Notes: generated by a model not told the origin, from the sequence alone. Positions 50,148 through 62,194 are shown, numbered from the whole stretch's first letter. The stretch is 62,926 nucleotides of DNA, filler included, from Olpidium bornovanus S191 (GCA_017911155.1; 30 parts of 30 records of this genome joined end to end with filler, not necessarily neighbours in it); one strand, 5' to 3'. Translations and numbers: made by a program.

Positions 50148-50810
50148 CATGAGACGGTTGATCCCCAGGTCTGACATCTCTTTGTCGTTGAAGCCTGCGC
50201 GGTTGGCTGCCATCTCAAGCTTGTTAACGAATCTGTTCAGCGCCCGCACGACTCCGGTCCCGTTATACGTTGGGACTGCTCCTAGGAGCGTTCTTGCCAG
50301 TAGCGCGTTAAACCGTGGCCGTTCGTCCTCGTCGCATTCACTGTACTTCTGCGTGTTCTGATTCTCCCGTAGGTACTTTTCGACGTGCTCTTTGCGCGCC
50401 ACCTCTTCGTCAGGGCCGTATTCTGCGTCACCGACGTAGTCGTCGTACTTCTCGAGCTTGACAGGCTCCCCCTTTTCTTCCCGAGCTCGCAAGGCAGCCT
50501 CCACTACCCTGGAGAGTTCCTCGGCTCTTGCCAGGCGCAGTCTTAGGTCTTCCAGCTCCCATTCCCTATGCCTTTTCTCGTCTTCCTTCTGGTGGCGCAC
50601 CTGAAGTGCCCGAAGGGAGTCTGCCATGGACATGCGCGAGATGCGGGAGGCCGTTGACGTCACTCTGCCGTTTTTGTCTTGGCTCGTGGTCAACGCTCCC
50701 GGCATGCTGCGCGTTTCGTCACGCAGCCGCAGCCGGCTACTGCCTCGCGGGAGCATGCAACCGTCTTCCATGGTTGCGTCTTTGACAGGGATTTCGCGGT
50801 TTGGGCTCAT
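50148..50810 (-). CDS. Retrotransposon Gag (coiled-coil N-terminus plus capsid start; 3' partial)
   Basis: Intronless ORF directly after LTR and PBS; LLGAVPTYNGTGVVRALNRFVNKLEMAANRAGF resembles the PxFxG...FxxxxE start of Ty3/gypsy-type capsids. Confidence 0.7.
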
Positions 50811-51158
50811 AACCTGAAGAACGCCGGCTTTTTAGGGTATGGAGGAGCTCTGCCGGAGCTGTATTTTCCGCCGCCTTTTGTTTACTCTATATGTGCGGGA
50901 AGAGGGAGCTACGGTCGAGGGGCGGAGAGTGCGCAGTGCCCCTTTACTATTCTTTCCAACAGAACCCCCCCCCCTCCCCCCGACAACGAGTAGCCCATCC
51001 GTGAGAAAAGAGAGAGACGGTCGTCAGCGGAGCGTGAGGAGCGTAAGAAAAGAGAGAGTCGGTCGTCAGCAGAGCGTAAGAAAAGAAAGGGTTGTCCATC
51101 TGCGGGGAGAGGGAAAAGAGAAAGGAAGAGTGACCGTCCATCCGCAGGGAGTGTAACA
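50803..51158 (-). mobile_element. 5' LTR (50815-51158, TGTTACA...TTCTTCA) plus half-tRNAiMet primer-binding site GGTTATGAGCCC (50803-50814)
   Basis: On the minus strand the LTR has TG...CA termini, and the PBS follows the terminal CA directly. The PBS is the exact complement of GGGCUCAUAACC in the initiator tRNA anticodon arm (Ty5/copia type). No second LTR is present to confirm the upstream boundary. Confidence 0.72.
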
Positions 51159-51461
51159 CGCAGGGTCGAAAAGTGATTGGATTTCGATCGGGGTTCGGAA
51201 GAATCTCCTTTTTAAGCGTGTTTTTAGAGGGTGAATGTACTTCAGCTGTTAAGCTATCGGAAGTGCGTGTTGCGTGGATCTGATGATTCTAACAGCCAAC
51301 CTCTTGGGCAATGGTGTCTATTTATACCCCTTGCTCCCGGTGACCGTTGTTCTTGGAGCCCTGAGGATAACCTGGCCTGTGTGTGGCCCATCCCGTGTGC
51401 GGTGCCGCACTTGGTCCTATGGGGGAGGGCACACGTCGGGGTTGTTGCTGTAGGGGCTGAC

Positions 51462-51593
51462 CACGTTGGGAGAGGGGGGGTCCCCACCCTCGTGGGGCCG
51501 GTTGGCACCCTAGGGGGGCTGCACACGTTGGGGGGGGGGGGTCCCCACCCTTGTGGGGCCGGTTGGCGCTCTAGGGGGGCGGCACACGTGGGG
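51462..51593 (+). repeat. About 62-bp G-rich direct repeat (2 copies plus start of a third), each with a CCCCAC-N4-GTGGGG hairpin
   Basis: CACGTTGGG at 51462 and 51524, CACGTGGGG at 51585. Confidence 0.8.
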
Positions 51594-51782
51594 TGGCCCC
51601 CCTGGTCCCCTCTGCCGGTTGCCGGGAGAGTGGACTGCGAATTGGGGCGTTGCTGAGCAGATGCGCCCGCCACACTTTCTGCTACAGGGAGGGAAAGAGA
51701 GCTGGCCTTCCCTGCACTCGGAACGGAAGAGAACCGTCTTTTCCCTCATTCGAAGAGAAAGCAAATTGTCTCTTTCTCGCCC

Positions 51783-51785
<3 letters not shown>

Positions 51786-51834
<49 letters not shown>
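51786..51834 (+). repeat. (GA)n microsatellite
   Basis: Read directly. Confidence 0.95.
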
Positions 51835-51840
<6 letters not shown>

Positions 51841-52779
51841 AGAAAGACCAAGAGGAGGAAGCCCACTAGCTGCCTCGGGTACCGCCGATTGGGACAGGGG
51901 CCCGGCGCCCGCTGCAAACAAAACCACCTCAGACCCATTACTGCGTCCCCCACCAAATACAGTGGTGATCATCAAGACTACCTTGCTCGTCATTTATTTG
52001 AGCTGAAAACCAGCAGCCTCAGCATCTTCCGCCAAATTCCCTAATGGCACTGAAGGAAATCCAGATATCTCTTTCAACGTGTGACAAGCTTCCACCGATC
52101 GCTTACGCACATGCNNNNNNNNNNNNNNNNNNNNNNNNNNNNNNNNNNNNNNNNNNNNTTAATTAATTAANNNNNNNNNNNNNNNNNNNNNNNNNNNNNN
52201 NNNNNNNNNNNNNNCATGGTCGTCCGGTTCCGCCACGACGAGCAGCCGGCGCGGCCGTGGGTTGAGGTACGGGAGTCCCTCGAAGCGGCGTGTTCTCCGA
52301 CGTCGGGGCGCGACGACGGCGGGTCCGATCCGCAAAGCGCGGAGCTCCAGCGGGCTGCGGGCGCCGCGGTGGGCGCCGGACGAGCGGGAGGGCCGTAGTC
52401 GTAGTCTGTTGTGCGACAGCGAAGCAAAGCCCAACTTTCCAGCCCTCTCCTTTCCGTCCCTCCATTTGTCGTGCGTGTTCGGGGGGTGCACGCCTGGTAC
52501 CCTCCCTCTCTCTTCCCCTAATGCCCCTCCTTGGCACACCGCCTCCGATCCGCTCACTCTGTTTGTCGTTCCTCTACCCGGGTGAAGCTGAAGAGATCTT
52601 TTTTTTTTTCCCCTCCACCTCTTCACATTTCCCGCCGGTTCTCTGCTATTGCGCCACCCCGTTCTGCGTTCGCCCTTCTCTTCCTTCCCCTTCGCCCCCC
52701 TTTTGCCGTTCCGTGTACAAAGTTTTTTCCCCCCCTCTCCCCACTTCACATCCCGCCTCCGGGGTGGCACTTTCCGCTT

Positions 52780-52815
<36 letters not shown>

Positions 52816-53008
52816 CTCCCACCCGCGCCCGCCGCGGCCACGCCCCCCCCCGGACCCGCGCAGGAGCCAAAACCGGCCCTTGCTTTTTCCCCCGCCGGCG
52901 GCGGCGAACGAAGGGATCCCAGAGGGAGAAAAAGGAGCAAGAGGAAGAAGAAGAAAGAAGAAGAAGAAGAAGAAAAAAAAAAAAGGAAGGCCGCGCCCCC
53001 AATCTCTT

Positions 53009-55172
53009 ATGCAGGCATTCTCGGAGACGGAAACCGGCGGCGCCCTGTCGCTCGCGGCGCCCGTCGTGAAGGTCGAGGACGCGGACGCGGAGTATCGTTT
53101 CGGGTGGGCGGGCGGCGGACGAGACGGGGAGGAGGGCGACGGTGAGGAGGAGGAGGACGACGGCGAGGACGACGGCGAGGACGAGGACGACGGCGAGGAC
53201 GAGGACGACGGCGAGGACGAGGAGGGCGCGGAAGAGGAGCAGCAGGAAGGCGACGACGACGAGGACGAGGAGACGGCCGTTGCGGCCGCCGAGGCGTCGT
53301 TCAAATTCTCGACGAAAAAGGATCTTACGGACGTCGGGCGGACGGCCGCCGCGCCGCGCCGTGTTGCCGACGGGTCTGAAGGGCCGGGGGAAGGCTCCGC
53401 CGCTTTCGAGGAACGCGGCGGCGGGCCGGAAGCGGAAGGCCGGGGAACCGCGGCTTGTGGGGACGACGGCGGGGACGCCTGCGGCTCGGCCGGCACGGGC
53501 CCCGCCCGCCGGCCCCTCGTGGCGGTCCCGCCTCGGGGACGCGCCTCAGCCTTCGGCGAAAGCGCTTCCGCTCCCGGCGGAAGCTTCGGCGGCGCCGGCG
53601 GCGTTCCGGCGGGCGCCTTCGCGGGCCCGCCGTGCGACCTCGAAACTTTCGTGACCTGGGACGACGCTTCGGATTACGGCCGCACGGAAACGTCCGAAGG
53701 CGAGGCGGAAGGGGCAGGAGGAGAAGGAGGAGGACGAACCTGGGCCGCGGAATGGCGCCTTGGCGACCTCGCCGGGGCGGAAGCTCGCGGCTTGCCCGAG
53801 GGCGCGCTTCACCCCGGCCGCAATTCGCTCGGGGGCCCCCTGACCTGTCCCGCCACCAGCTCCAGACCCTCCGCCCCTGCCGAGTTCGTCCGCGCCAGGC
53901 GCGGGCGCGCGTCCTCGCCCGCGGGAAACAGCGCGACCGGCGCCGAAAGCGCGGCCGCCCGCGGCGGCTCTCCCGCTTCCGCCCCGGCGGTCCTCCTTTT
54001 TGTGCGCGCCGCAGCCGGCGGAAAGCCGTCCCTCGCCAAGTTCCTTCTCCTGGACGGGCCCGTCGACATCGGGCGTCGCCTCTCCAAACTCGCCGACGTG
54101 AACAACGGCGTGCTCGCGGAGCGGTCCGTCTCCCGCAACCACGCGATCGTTTACTACAAACCGGAGGAGGTGCGGGAAACGGGGCGGCGGGCGCGAGAAG
54201 CACTCGCGGCCAGCTTTCGAGAGGGGAGCCTGAACGCGCGGGGAGAAAGGCGGAGGGCGCGCGCGCGGATTTCGCGCCCGAAGAATAACACAATAACACC
54301 TTGCGCTCGCCGGTTCAGGAAAGCGTCTACATCTGCGATCTGGGGTCTTACCACGGGACCTTCGTGAACGGCACCAGGATCTACTCTCCCACGGTGCTCC
54401 GGTCCGGCGATCTCCTTCGGTTCGGGCGGGCAGTTGACGTCTTGGGTACCTCTCCGGGTTCGCTCGGTGTTCTTGCGTCGCGGACACTTGATGCCGTCGC
54501 GGACGGAGAGACCCGTGCGAGCGCGGCGCAAGAATCCCGCTTAAAAAAGAGGGGAAAATAAAAAGAGCTTGAAGACGCGACTCCTCTAACTTTGCGCGCG
54601 CCGGCCGTTTGCTTTCCGACGCCCAGCACCCTTTGAAGTTCGCGTTATCCGTGACGTGGGTGACACGTGGGCCGTGAACGACGCACCGGCAGCAGCCCCT
54701 GTCGTGGAGAACGAAAGCGCGGCCGCCGCGCACGGTAAAGAGCTGGTGCTCGCTGCCGAAGACGTACGCACGGTTCTTTCTTTCGTTTCTTTTCCTTTTT
54801 TTTGTTCTTTTGCTTTGTCCGGTGCAGTCCAGTCCGTACTGCCGACAATTCCCCTCCCCCTTCCGCTCGACCTTCCCCGCCGGGCCATTCTCCACCGGAC
54901 TGACCGCGCGGTGGGCAACGGCCCCCCTTCTTTTCGCGCGGAAAAAGGCAACGAACGGGAAGAGGAAGCGCTGGTACGACGCGGCCTTCTCCCGCACCGA
55001 ATCCGCGCTGGACGAGATGCAGGAGCGCATATCCGAAGACCTCGCGAGCCTGGAGCGCCGCGTGCGCCGGAAGATCACGGTCACTTCGGCGGTCTCCTCC
55101 CTGGTCGGCGGCCTGATCGGCGGGGTGAGCGTCGGCGCCGCGCTGTTCGGGCTGTCGCGGCTCGACCAGTGA
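53009..55172 (+). CDS. FHA-domain protein with acidic N-terminal region and C-terminal transmembrane anchor (spliced; 5' end uncertain, possible extra exon at 52216-52265)
   Basis: VDIGR...SVSRNHAIVYY | VYICDLGSYHGTFVNG...LRSGDLLRFG are the FHA motifs; the last exon ends in ITVTSAVSSLVGGLIGGVSVGAALFGL then SRLDQ*. Confidence 0.85.
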
Positions 55173-55200
55173 AAAACGGGAATCGGGTGGGGGGGGGGGG

Positions 55201-55249
<49 letters not shown>

Positions 55250-55315
55250 AAAAAAAAACCCCCCCCCCCCCCCCCCGGGGGGCCCCCGGCCCACCCTTCC
55301 CCCCCCCCCCCCCAG

Positions 55316-55353
<38 letters not shown>

Positions 55354-55467
55354 NNNNNNNNNNNNNNNNNNNNNNNNNNNNNNNNNNNNNNNNNNNNTTA
55401 ATTAATTAANNNNNNNNNNNNNNNNNNNNNNNNNNNNNNNNNNNNNNNNNNNNAAGCGAAAACTCAC

Positions 55468-56800
55468 GCGTGCAGCTTGGGCAGTAGTACTTGTCGACCA
55501 GTTCCGCGGCCTCCTCGCTGACCTTGACGCAGGTGCCGTGGAACCACTCCTCGCACCCGTCGCACGCGATCATGAACTTGGCGGGGTCGTAGGGAGTCCG
55601 GCAGGTGCAGTACAGCTCCTCCTCGTCTTCCTGCCTGGCGGCCGCGGCTCCGGAAGCGGTCGTCGCCGTCCGAGCCGCCGCCGCGGCCGGCGGCGTCGTC
55701 CCTGTTCCTCCCGCCGGGTCGCTCCCGCCCTTCTTCCGCTCGTCCGCGTCCGAGTTCTTTGACTTGCGCCTCTTGCCCGCACTGTTCGGCGCCGCGTCCG
55801 GCGACTGCGGCGGAGACTCGGAGACTTTGGCTCTGCCGCGCGCCTGGCGCGACGTGCGCGGCCGTTTCGAGCCGGGCGTGGAACCGGAGCCGGACGCGGC
55901 GGAGTTTCGGCGGCCAGTCGAGGAGCTCTTGGAGGGCTTGGTGGTTGTTAGCACAGCGGTTCCGGGAACGGGGGGCGAGGGGGTGGCGGGGTCAGTGGCG
56001 GATCCTTCTTCGAGGGGCCGTTTCTTCTTTTGCTGGTGCTGGTGCTGGTGCTGCTGGGGTTGGTCCCGCTGCTGCTGCTGCGGTTGCTGTTGTCGCTCCG
56101 GCTGCTGCTGTGGCCGTTGTCGTTCCTGCTGCTCTTGCCGAGGCTTCCGAACAGGCGAACCTGGCAGTGGTGGCGGAAAGGGTGCGCCTGGCGTTTCCGC
56201 CGGCGCCTCCGCCTTCCGCGCCCGGTTCTCCTCGGCCCGGCGCTCGCGGTGCGCCTGCGGCGTTGGCCGAACCGGCGGCGGCAGCAGCGCCGGGAGCGGT
56301 CCCGGCTGCACGTCACCTGGCAGCTCTCCTGCCGCCGGTCGCGGCTCCAACGGTTGTGGAGCGGGAACAAGCAGCAGAGGCCTTAGCCGGGGGGAGGCCG
56401 CCTCTTCTCCCCTCTGCGGCGGCAGCGGCGGGGGCAGCGGCGGTTCGTCCTCGCGATCCCGCGGCTCGTGTTCTGCCGGTTGCGGCATCGCTCTCTCCTC
56501 GCCGCCGGAGGGGCCGGTTGCGGCGGGGCTCGCGGGGTTCGCGGGCACCTCCTCCTCGTCTTCCTCCTCGCCGTCCTCTTCCTCCTCGTCCTCCTCCTCG
56601 TCCTCCTCCTCTTCTTCCTCTTCTTCCTTCACCTCCTCCGGGGGAGGAGGGGCCGGCGGTGTGGGTGACGAAGCGAGGTCCCCGCCACGGCCGCCGCTGC
56701 CGGCCGCCGGCTTCCCGTCGTCCTCGGCCCGCCCGGGGTCGGCTGGGTCGCGCAGCAGCGGCGGGTCCTCCCTGAAGATGTCGCGGACGGGGTCGTACAT
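55468..56800 (-). CDS. PHD-finger protein (Spp1/CFP1-type finger) with long low-complexity N-terminus (3' partial)
   Basis: ELYCTCRTPYDPAKFMIACDGCEEWFHGTCVKVSEEAAELVDKYYCPSC (C4HC3); ATG in a cccgccATG context at 56800; GTGAGT donor at 55467. Confidence 0.88.
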
Positions 56801-57006
56801 GGCGGGGAAGGGGTGGCGGTGGCGGTGGTGGTTGTGGGAGCGGAGGAGACTGAATTGGGACGGCGGGTTGGGAGGTGGCCGGGGCGGGGGGCGGTGCTGG
56901 GAGAAGGAGGAAGCAGAGAGGCCGAGCGGTGGAAAGGGCCGGGCGGGGGCGGGTCGGGTGCGGTGCGCGGCTGGCGGGCGCCTGATCACTTTTCTCCGCG
57001 CGCGCG

Positions 57007-57030
57007 CTCTCTCTCTCTCTCTGCTCTCCG

Positions 57031-57078
<48 letters not shown>
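57007..57078 (+). repeat. Imperfect (CT)n microsatellite upstream of the PHD gene
   Basis: Read directly. Confidence 0.9.
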
Positions 57079-57081
<3 letters not shown>

Positions 57082-57258
57082 CGCTCTTCCCTCGCTCGTC
57101 GTCGCTCTGTCCCCTCTCTCCGCTCTCGTCTCACTCTCTCGCCCGGGCGGGTTGGCGGGGAAGAGGGAGAAGAGGGAGAAAAGGAGGCGCGGTCGCGGGT
57201 TCCGTCCCCCTCCCCCCCCCCCCCCCCCCCCCCGGGGGGGGGGGCGCGGGGGGGGGAA

Positions 57259-57346
<88 letters not shown>

Positions 57347-57447
57347 NNNNNNNNNNNNNNNNNNNNNNNNNNNNNNNNNNNNNNNNNNNNTTAATTAATT
57401 AANNNNNNNNNNNNNNNNNNNNNNNNNNNNNNNNNNNNNNNNNNNNC

Positions 57448-58645
57448 ATGGCAATGGTGACGACCAACGAGCGCTTGCGGCGGCGGGCGCTGCTTTCCCT
57501 GGCAGAGGCCCTGGATGCCGGTCCCCTGGGCGACGACAGGGAAAACGAAGTGCCGCAGCTGTTTGATATGATCGATAAGATCTGCGGCTGGCTTCCGCGC
57601 GTTGTCGGTGGGAAGCATCCGTCGTTTGCCCAACCTGCTGCGCGCGACGCAGACGCCACGGCGGAGTCCCCGTCAGCCGCTTCAAATCTCTGTGGACCGC
57701 CGGACGACCTCCCGCTACCGCCAGCACCAGGTGTGCCACCGCAGGAACGCATACCCGGCGACGATCTGAGGAAGTGTGACTCCATCACGCCGGCGTCGAC
57801 GGATTCTGTAGACTTGGCCTCCAACCCCCGAAACGAGCCGGGCTCTCCAGACGGCGACAAGCACTTGGAAGGCGTTACGGAGGGAGTCGCGCTGTCGCAA
57901 ATCCGCGCAGGCTTGCTTCGACGCGGTGGTCACTCGCCCTCCGATTCTGCATCGGCCACTACCAGCGAGATTCCTTTAGCAGCCCGAGGCGGATACGCGG
58001 AGGACAAGGCATTAACACGTACGACGAATTGCCCAGCGATGGGGAAAAATCTAACGGCGGGCACGCGTCTGCTGACGAGCATTCGATCGATGGTACCCGC
58101 TGGGCTTAGGAAATCTCGACAGCGGCGTTCTGCAAAATCCAGGGGATCCCAACACATTACCAAGTCCCCGGGGCCTTTTGGGCGACGAGTCTGACCGGTC
58201 TATTAAAGTTGCACACGTTGCGCACGTTGATCAACGAGTTTCGCAACCCGTAACCAAGCACGATGACGCAGCTTTTTTGGCAGAAGCGACCGACCAAGCG
58301 TCCGAGCAAGCGACCGAGCAACTGGATGTCAGTCAGTCGAAGGAGTTGGCCCGGAATAATTTGCAAGGCGACGTTCCACGCCGCGATAATACCGGATACG
58401 AAATATTAAGAGTACGTCTTCCGATCCTGATGGCCCGCTGGTCGGAAAAAGCAGACGCTTCAACCCTTTCTGTCATTCTCAGGTCTTGGATGCGCTTTTA
58501 AGTCGCCTGGAGCATTACCACGACTCTGGATGCCTTGTCAATCGAGGATCGAATGATGCCAAGATAGATTTGCAGCAGGCGGCGAATAAACTGACCATCC
58601 TGGCGAGGCTGATCGGAGACTTCGGGAGGATGTTCAGCGGCATGG
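57448..58645 (+). CDS. Hypothetical spliced protein with helical blocks (partial at both ends)
   Basis: Three exon-like ORFs separated by GT..AG introns (donors near 58092 and 58412); the last exon VLDALLSRLEHYHDSG...KLTILARLIGDFGRMF looks helical. Family not identified. Confidence 0.55.
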
Positions 58646-58745
58646 NNNNNNNNNNNNNNNNNNNNNNNNNNNNNNNNNNNNNNNNNNNNTTAATTAATTA
58701 ANNNNNNNNNNNNNNNNNNNNNNNNNNNNNNNNNNNNNNNNNNNN

Positions 58746-59574
58746 AGAACAATAAGTCATCCGAGCGGTTGGGGGCCAGTGTCAGTGTTTTATGCGCATT
58801 ACTTCCCAATACGGTGTACACCAGTTTCGATTTTCGACGGAGAGCGTCGACGTCGCGTCTCATGCTCGGGTTGATGATTTCCATTTCGAAACGAAAGTCA
58901 TACCACAGAGAGTCTTCGTTCAAGCCCGCAATAACTTTTGGGATCTCGTCCGGGAGAGGGTCGGTCCGGCCAGGGTCGACGCGTTCTGGGGAAAAGCCAA
59001 CATAAACCTTGCGTCCGCGGCCGGAAGAAGAGAACTTGCGGAGAAGGTGGCCTAAAAGAGACCGAGTCATGCCGACGGGTACGGAGGATTCCATCGAGAC
59101 AGTTGCCCCGGGAGAGATATACTTCTCGACGGTCTCGGCGGCAGAGCGAACGTACGAGTCGTCGATGGCGTGACCGTCGGCCTTGAGAAGCGTTGGGACG
59201 GAGATGCAAACCAGCGAGGCGAGCGAGATGATTTCCGGATCGGTCGTGAGTTTCACGCGCTGGTTTTGTGCGAAGGTGGTGCACCTGAGATTATCCAAAC
59301 GTGCGGGAGACACGTCGTAGCCGTAGACCCTGAAGCGCTTGCTGAAGCAGCTGACGAGGTGCTCGCCGACGTAGCCAACTCCGACAACCACGACGATGCG
59401 ATCGTCGATGCGGCGCGCGGCTCCCTCGCCGCCCACTCCACAGGGGTGGCTCCTCCACCCGTTCAGGTGCGGCGCGGAGGCGCGCCGCCTCGCCAGTCCG
59501 GGCGAGTTCGAGTTCAGCGAGTCGTCCGAGTCCGGGGTGGCCGAGCGGGGGAAGTCCAGCAGGCGCGGAGCCAT
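58746..59574 (-). CDS. Nucleotide-sugar 6-dehydrogenase of the UDP-GlcNAc/UDP-ManNAc (WecC/WbpA/TviB-like) group (3' partial)
   Basis: VVVVGVGYVG Rossmann motif, YDVS, CISVPT, MESSVPVG, GFSPERVDPGR, IPKVIAG. Confidence 0.9.
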
Positions 59575-60689
59575 GGCAGTAAACGACGGCAACGAGAGGA
59601 CCAGTTTGGCTTGGCGCGGCGCGTCGGAGCGAACTGAAGATCCCGGCCGGGGGAGCGGGGAGGGTGCCGGGGCAGGGTTGTTGTTTTCGGGCGCGCGCGC
59701 GCGCGAGGGGAGAGAGAGAGAGAAAGCGGGAAAAATAACGAGAGAGGGAGAGAGAGACGGAGCGAGAGCGTTCGGGCGTTCTGATCATTTCTGATGGTGT
59801 GTGTGACGCGACGCGGGCGCAAAATCCCCGTTCTCCCCAAAAATCCAAACTGGGCGCTTCCACAATGCACGCTAGGCGCACACGCGCGCGCGCGCGGCCC
59901 CCACGGCGATCGCAGGACGGATTGCACCCGTGGTCCGCGAAGCAGACACATTCGTCAGTGCAAAAATTTGGCGAACCCCCGTCGTTTTGGGCACACGAGA
60001 GGTTGGTGATGGTGACGCGTTCGTTGCCGGCGTTCGCTCTCTGGGTCAAAGAATTTTGGCGTGTCGGATTTTCGACGCTGTTGTCGCGCGTTCTCCTTAG
60101 ATGATAGGACAGGAAAACGAATAGAAGGACGCGGGGCCCGGGGTGAAGAAGAGGGGGGAGGGGTGACGGGGGAAGCTGTTGAATTCGGGGTCTGAACGAG
60201 CTTTAAAGAATTTTTTTTTCTGCTTAACTGTGCCTTTTATAGAGAGCTTTTCAGAGCAGAACGCGGGTAAACGGATAAATTTCAAGGGTGTTTCACGGGT
60301 GAAACATGTGGGTGAACTCATGGGGGTGAGACTGCATGCCCAGCCTCGCGGACATCAGCCACGTTTGGCCCAAAATGCTTTAAGCGGGTAGCCGAGATCG
60401 TCTTCAAAAAGGGCGCAGTGCTCTTTTCCGACAGAAGCGGAGGGGGCGGGTCTCGCCACGCAACCCCGGGAGACGGAGACAGAGACGGAGGGCACCGCAG
60501 CTCGGGGCACGGGATTTTATTGGTCGGCGCAGAATTCCTATCTGGTTCTGGCCTATGGCATGGGCTTCCTAGCGGTCACACAGGAACGGATGGCGGGACA
60601 TCGTCCCGGTGCGCGATGCAGACGTGGCCGGTCGAGCCTCTTCCTTTCCTCCTTTAGTTTTCTACACTCCTCTTCATCGCTCGTACCTA

Positions 60690-61261
60690 TCTCCCAGGTT
60701 TACCTCTTTCGGCGCCCCACTGTCTTGTATTCAAAACGGCTGTTTTCCAACATCCATCTGAACTGAATTTAACAAACTTGACTTTCTTAGGCGGCTTCAT
60801 CATTATGTCCACAAAGTTCTCGTCCGTGGGGATACGGCAAATGTTATGATTTCTTCGGCAGCATACCACATGAGATGGAAATATTTGATGTCAATGTGTC
60901 TGAATCTTTTCGACACCTTGGGTGTTCTCAGATGCCAGCTTCGTTATCATTGTCCATCCGCATTGTCTATCATTGTTTATCCGCATTGTTCATCATGAGG
61001 GAGTCGCGACAGTGGTTGCATTAGGGTTGAGGTATCCCAGAACTCCTGGGTTGGAGCAGCCGTGAGATGAACTCGGTTTTGCACGTTGATGTGGTGACGC
61101 AGGTCTGTCGCGTTGCTGTCCAGGAGATTGGGCCGCACTCATACAGCAGGGCGAACCCTGTCATTGATGTGCGCGTATGTCAACATCCAGCCCAGTCGTC
61201 ACAGCACGCCGCTGCGAAGACTAATCTATTTTCTGATTATATTATGATCCATCCATTCATG
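60690..61261 (-). mobile_element. Decayed Ty1/copia pol fragment: RNase H domain
   Basis: DDWAGC*HTRTSMTG...GPISWTATRQTCVTTSTCKTEF; DNEAGI; SKRFRHIDIKYF; IPTDENFVDIMMK; contains stops and frameshifts. Confidence 0.88.
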
Positions 61262-61361
61262 NNNNNNNNNNNNNNNNNNNNNNNNNNNNNNNNNNNNNNN
61301 NNNNNTTAATTAATTAANNNNNNNNNNNNNNNNNNNNNNNNNNNNNNNNNNNNNNNNNNNN

Positions 61362-62162
61362 GAGAACCCGCGCGGCTTCGCTTACATCGTCATGATTTCC
61401 CACCGGTCGTCCTCGTCCAAGAAAGTCGCGCCTTCGATGAAAAAGATGTTGAAGATCTGTGCGCGCCGGAAGTACTTCGCGAATTGCGGGTCGTCGAAAC
61501 TCGACTGCGCAATCCAAACGAGGGGGTAGCGAACTAAGTTCCGCTGAACGGCGGGGGGGGGGGGGGGGGGGGGGGGGGAAGGGGGGGGGGGGGGGGGGAC
61601 GGGATTTAAGAGTCCGAAAACGCCAGAGGACCGCGCACCTTGTGGATCTCGTAAACGACGTCATCGCCGCCATCGCCGTCTCCCGCTTTCGTCCTGTACT
61701 CGTGTACCTTGTCTCCAAGCGGGCGGAACGTCGCGTGGTCCAGCGCCGCCCGGGCCATGAAAAGGTCGTGATCGGTGAACTCGACTGGTGAGGCGCAAAG
61801 GGCGACGCCGAAAACAAAAAAAAAAAAATCAGCGGCGCTGATCCAAAGAAAAAAAGAAAAGACCCCCCTTTTTTGCGGGGCCCACGCCGCAGGAAAGAAA
61901 AAAAAAAGGAGGGGAGGAGAGGGCGGCGCGCACCGTCGTCTTCCGGCAGCCACTTCCGCAACTCGCCCACCACGTCGTCGGGCTTCCCTTCTGCCTCCGG
62001 GACGGCGCGGCGGTACGTGAAGCTGTAGTACGGGACCAGGGAACCCGACGCGAACTGCAGCTGCGGTCCCGCCGAGAAGACCGGTTAACCGGGATTGGGA
62101 GGGGGTGTGAAAAAGAAACTATCTTCCGCGCGCGGCCGGCAGGGGGGGGGGGGGGGGGGGGG

Positions 62163-62194
<32 letters not shown>

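Noticed and set aside
50803-50814. Tf1/sushi-type self-priming as the explanation for the PBS
   Set aside because: I found no complement of the PBS within the LTR candidate, whereas the match to the tRNAiMet anticodon arm is exact.
55605-57398. 597-aa plus-strand ORF and other long GC-rich ORFs (53325-54299, 53455-54288, 53546-55294)
   Set aside because: They are shadow frames of the PHD and FHA genes, open because of high GC content.
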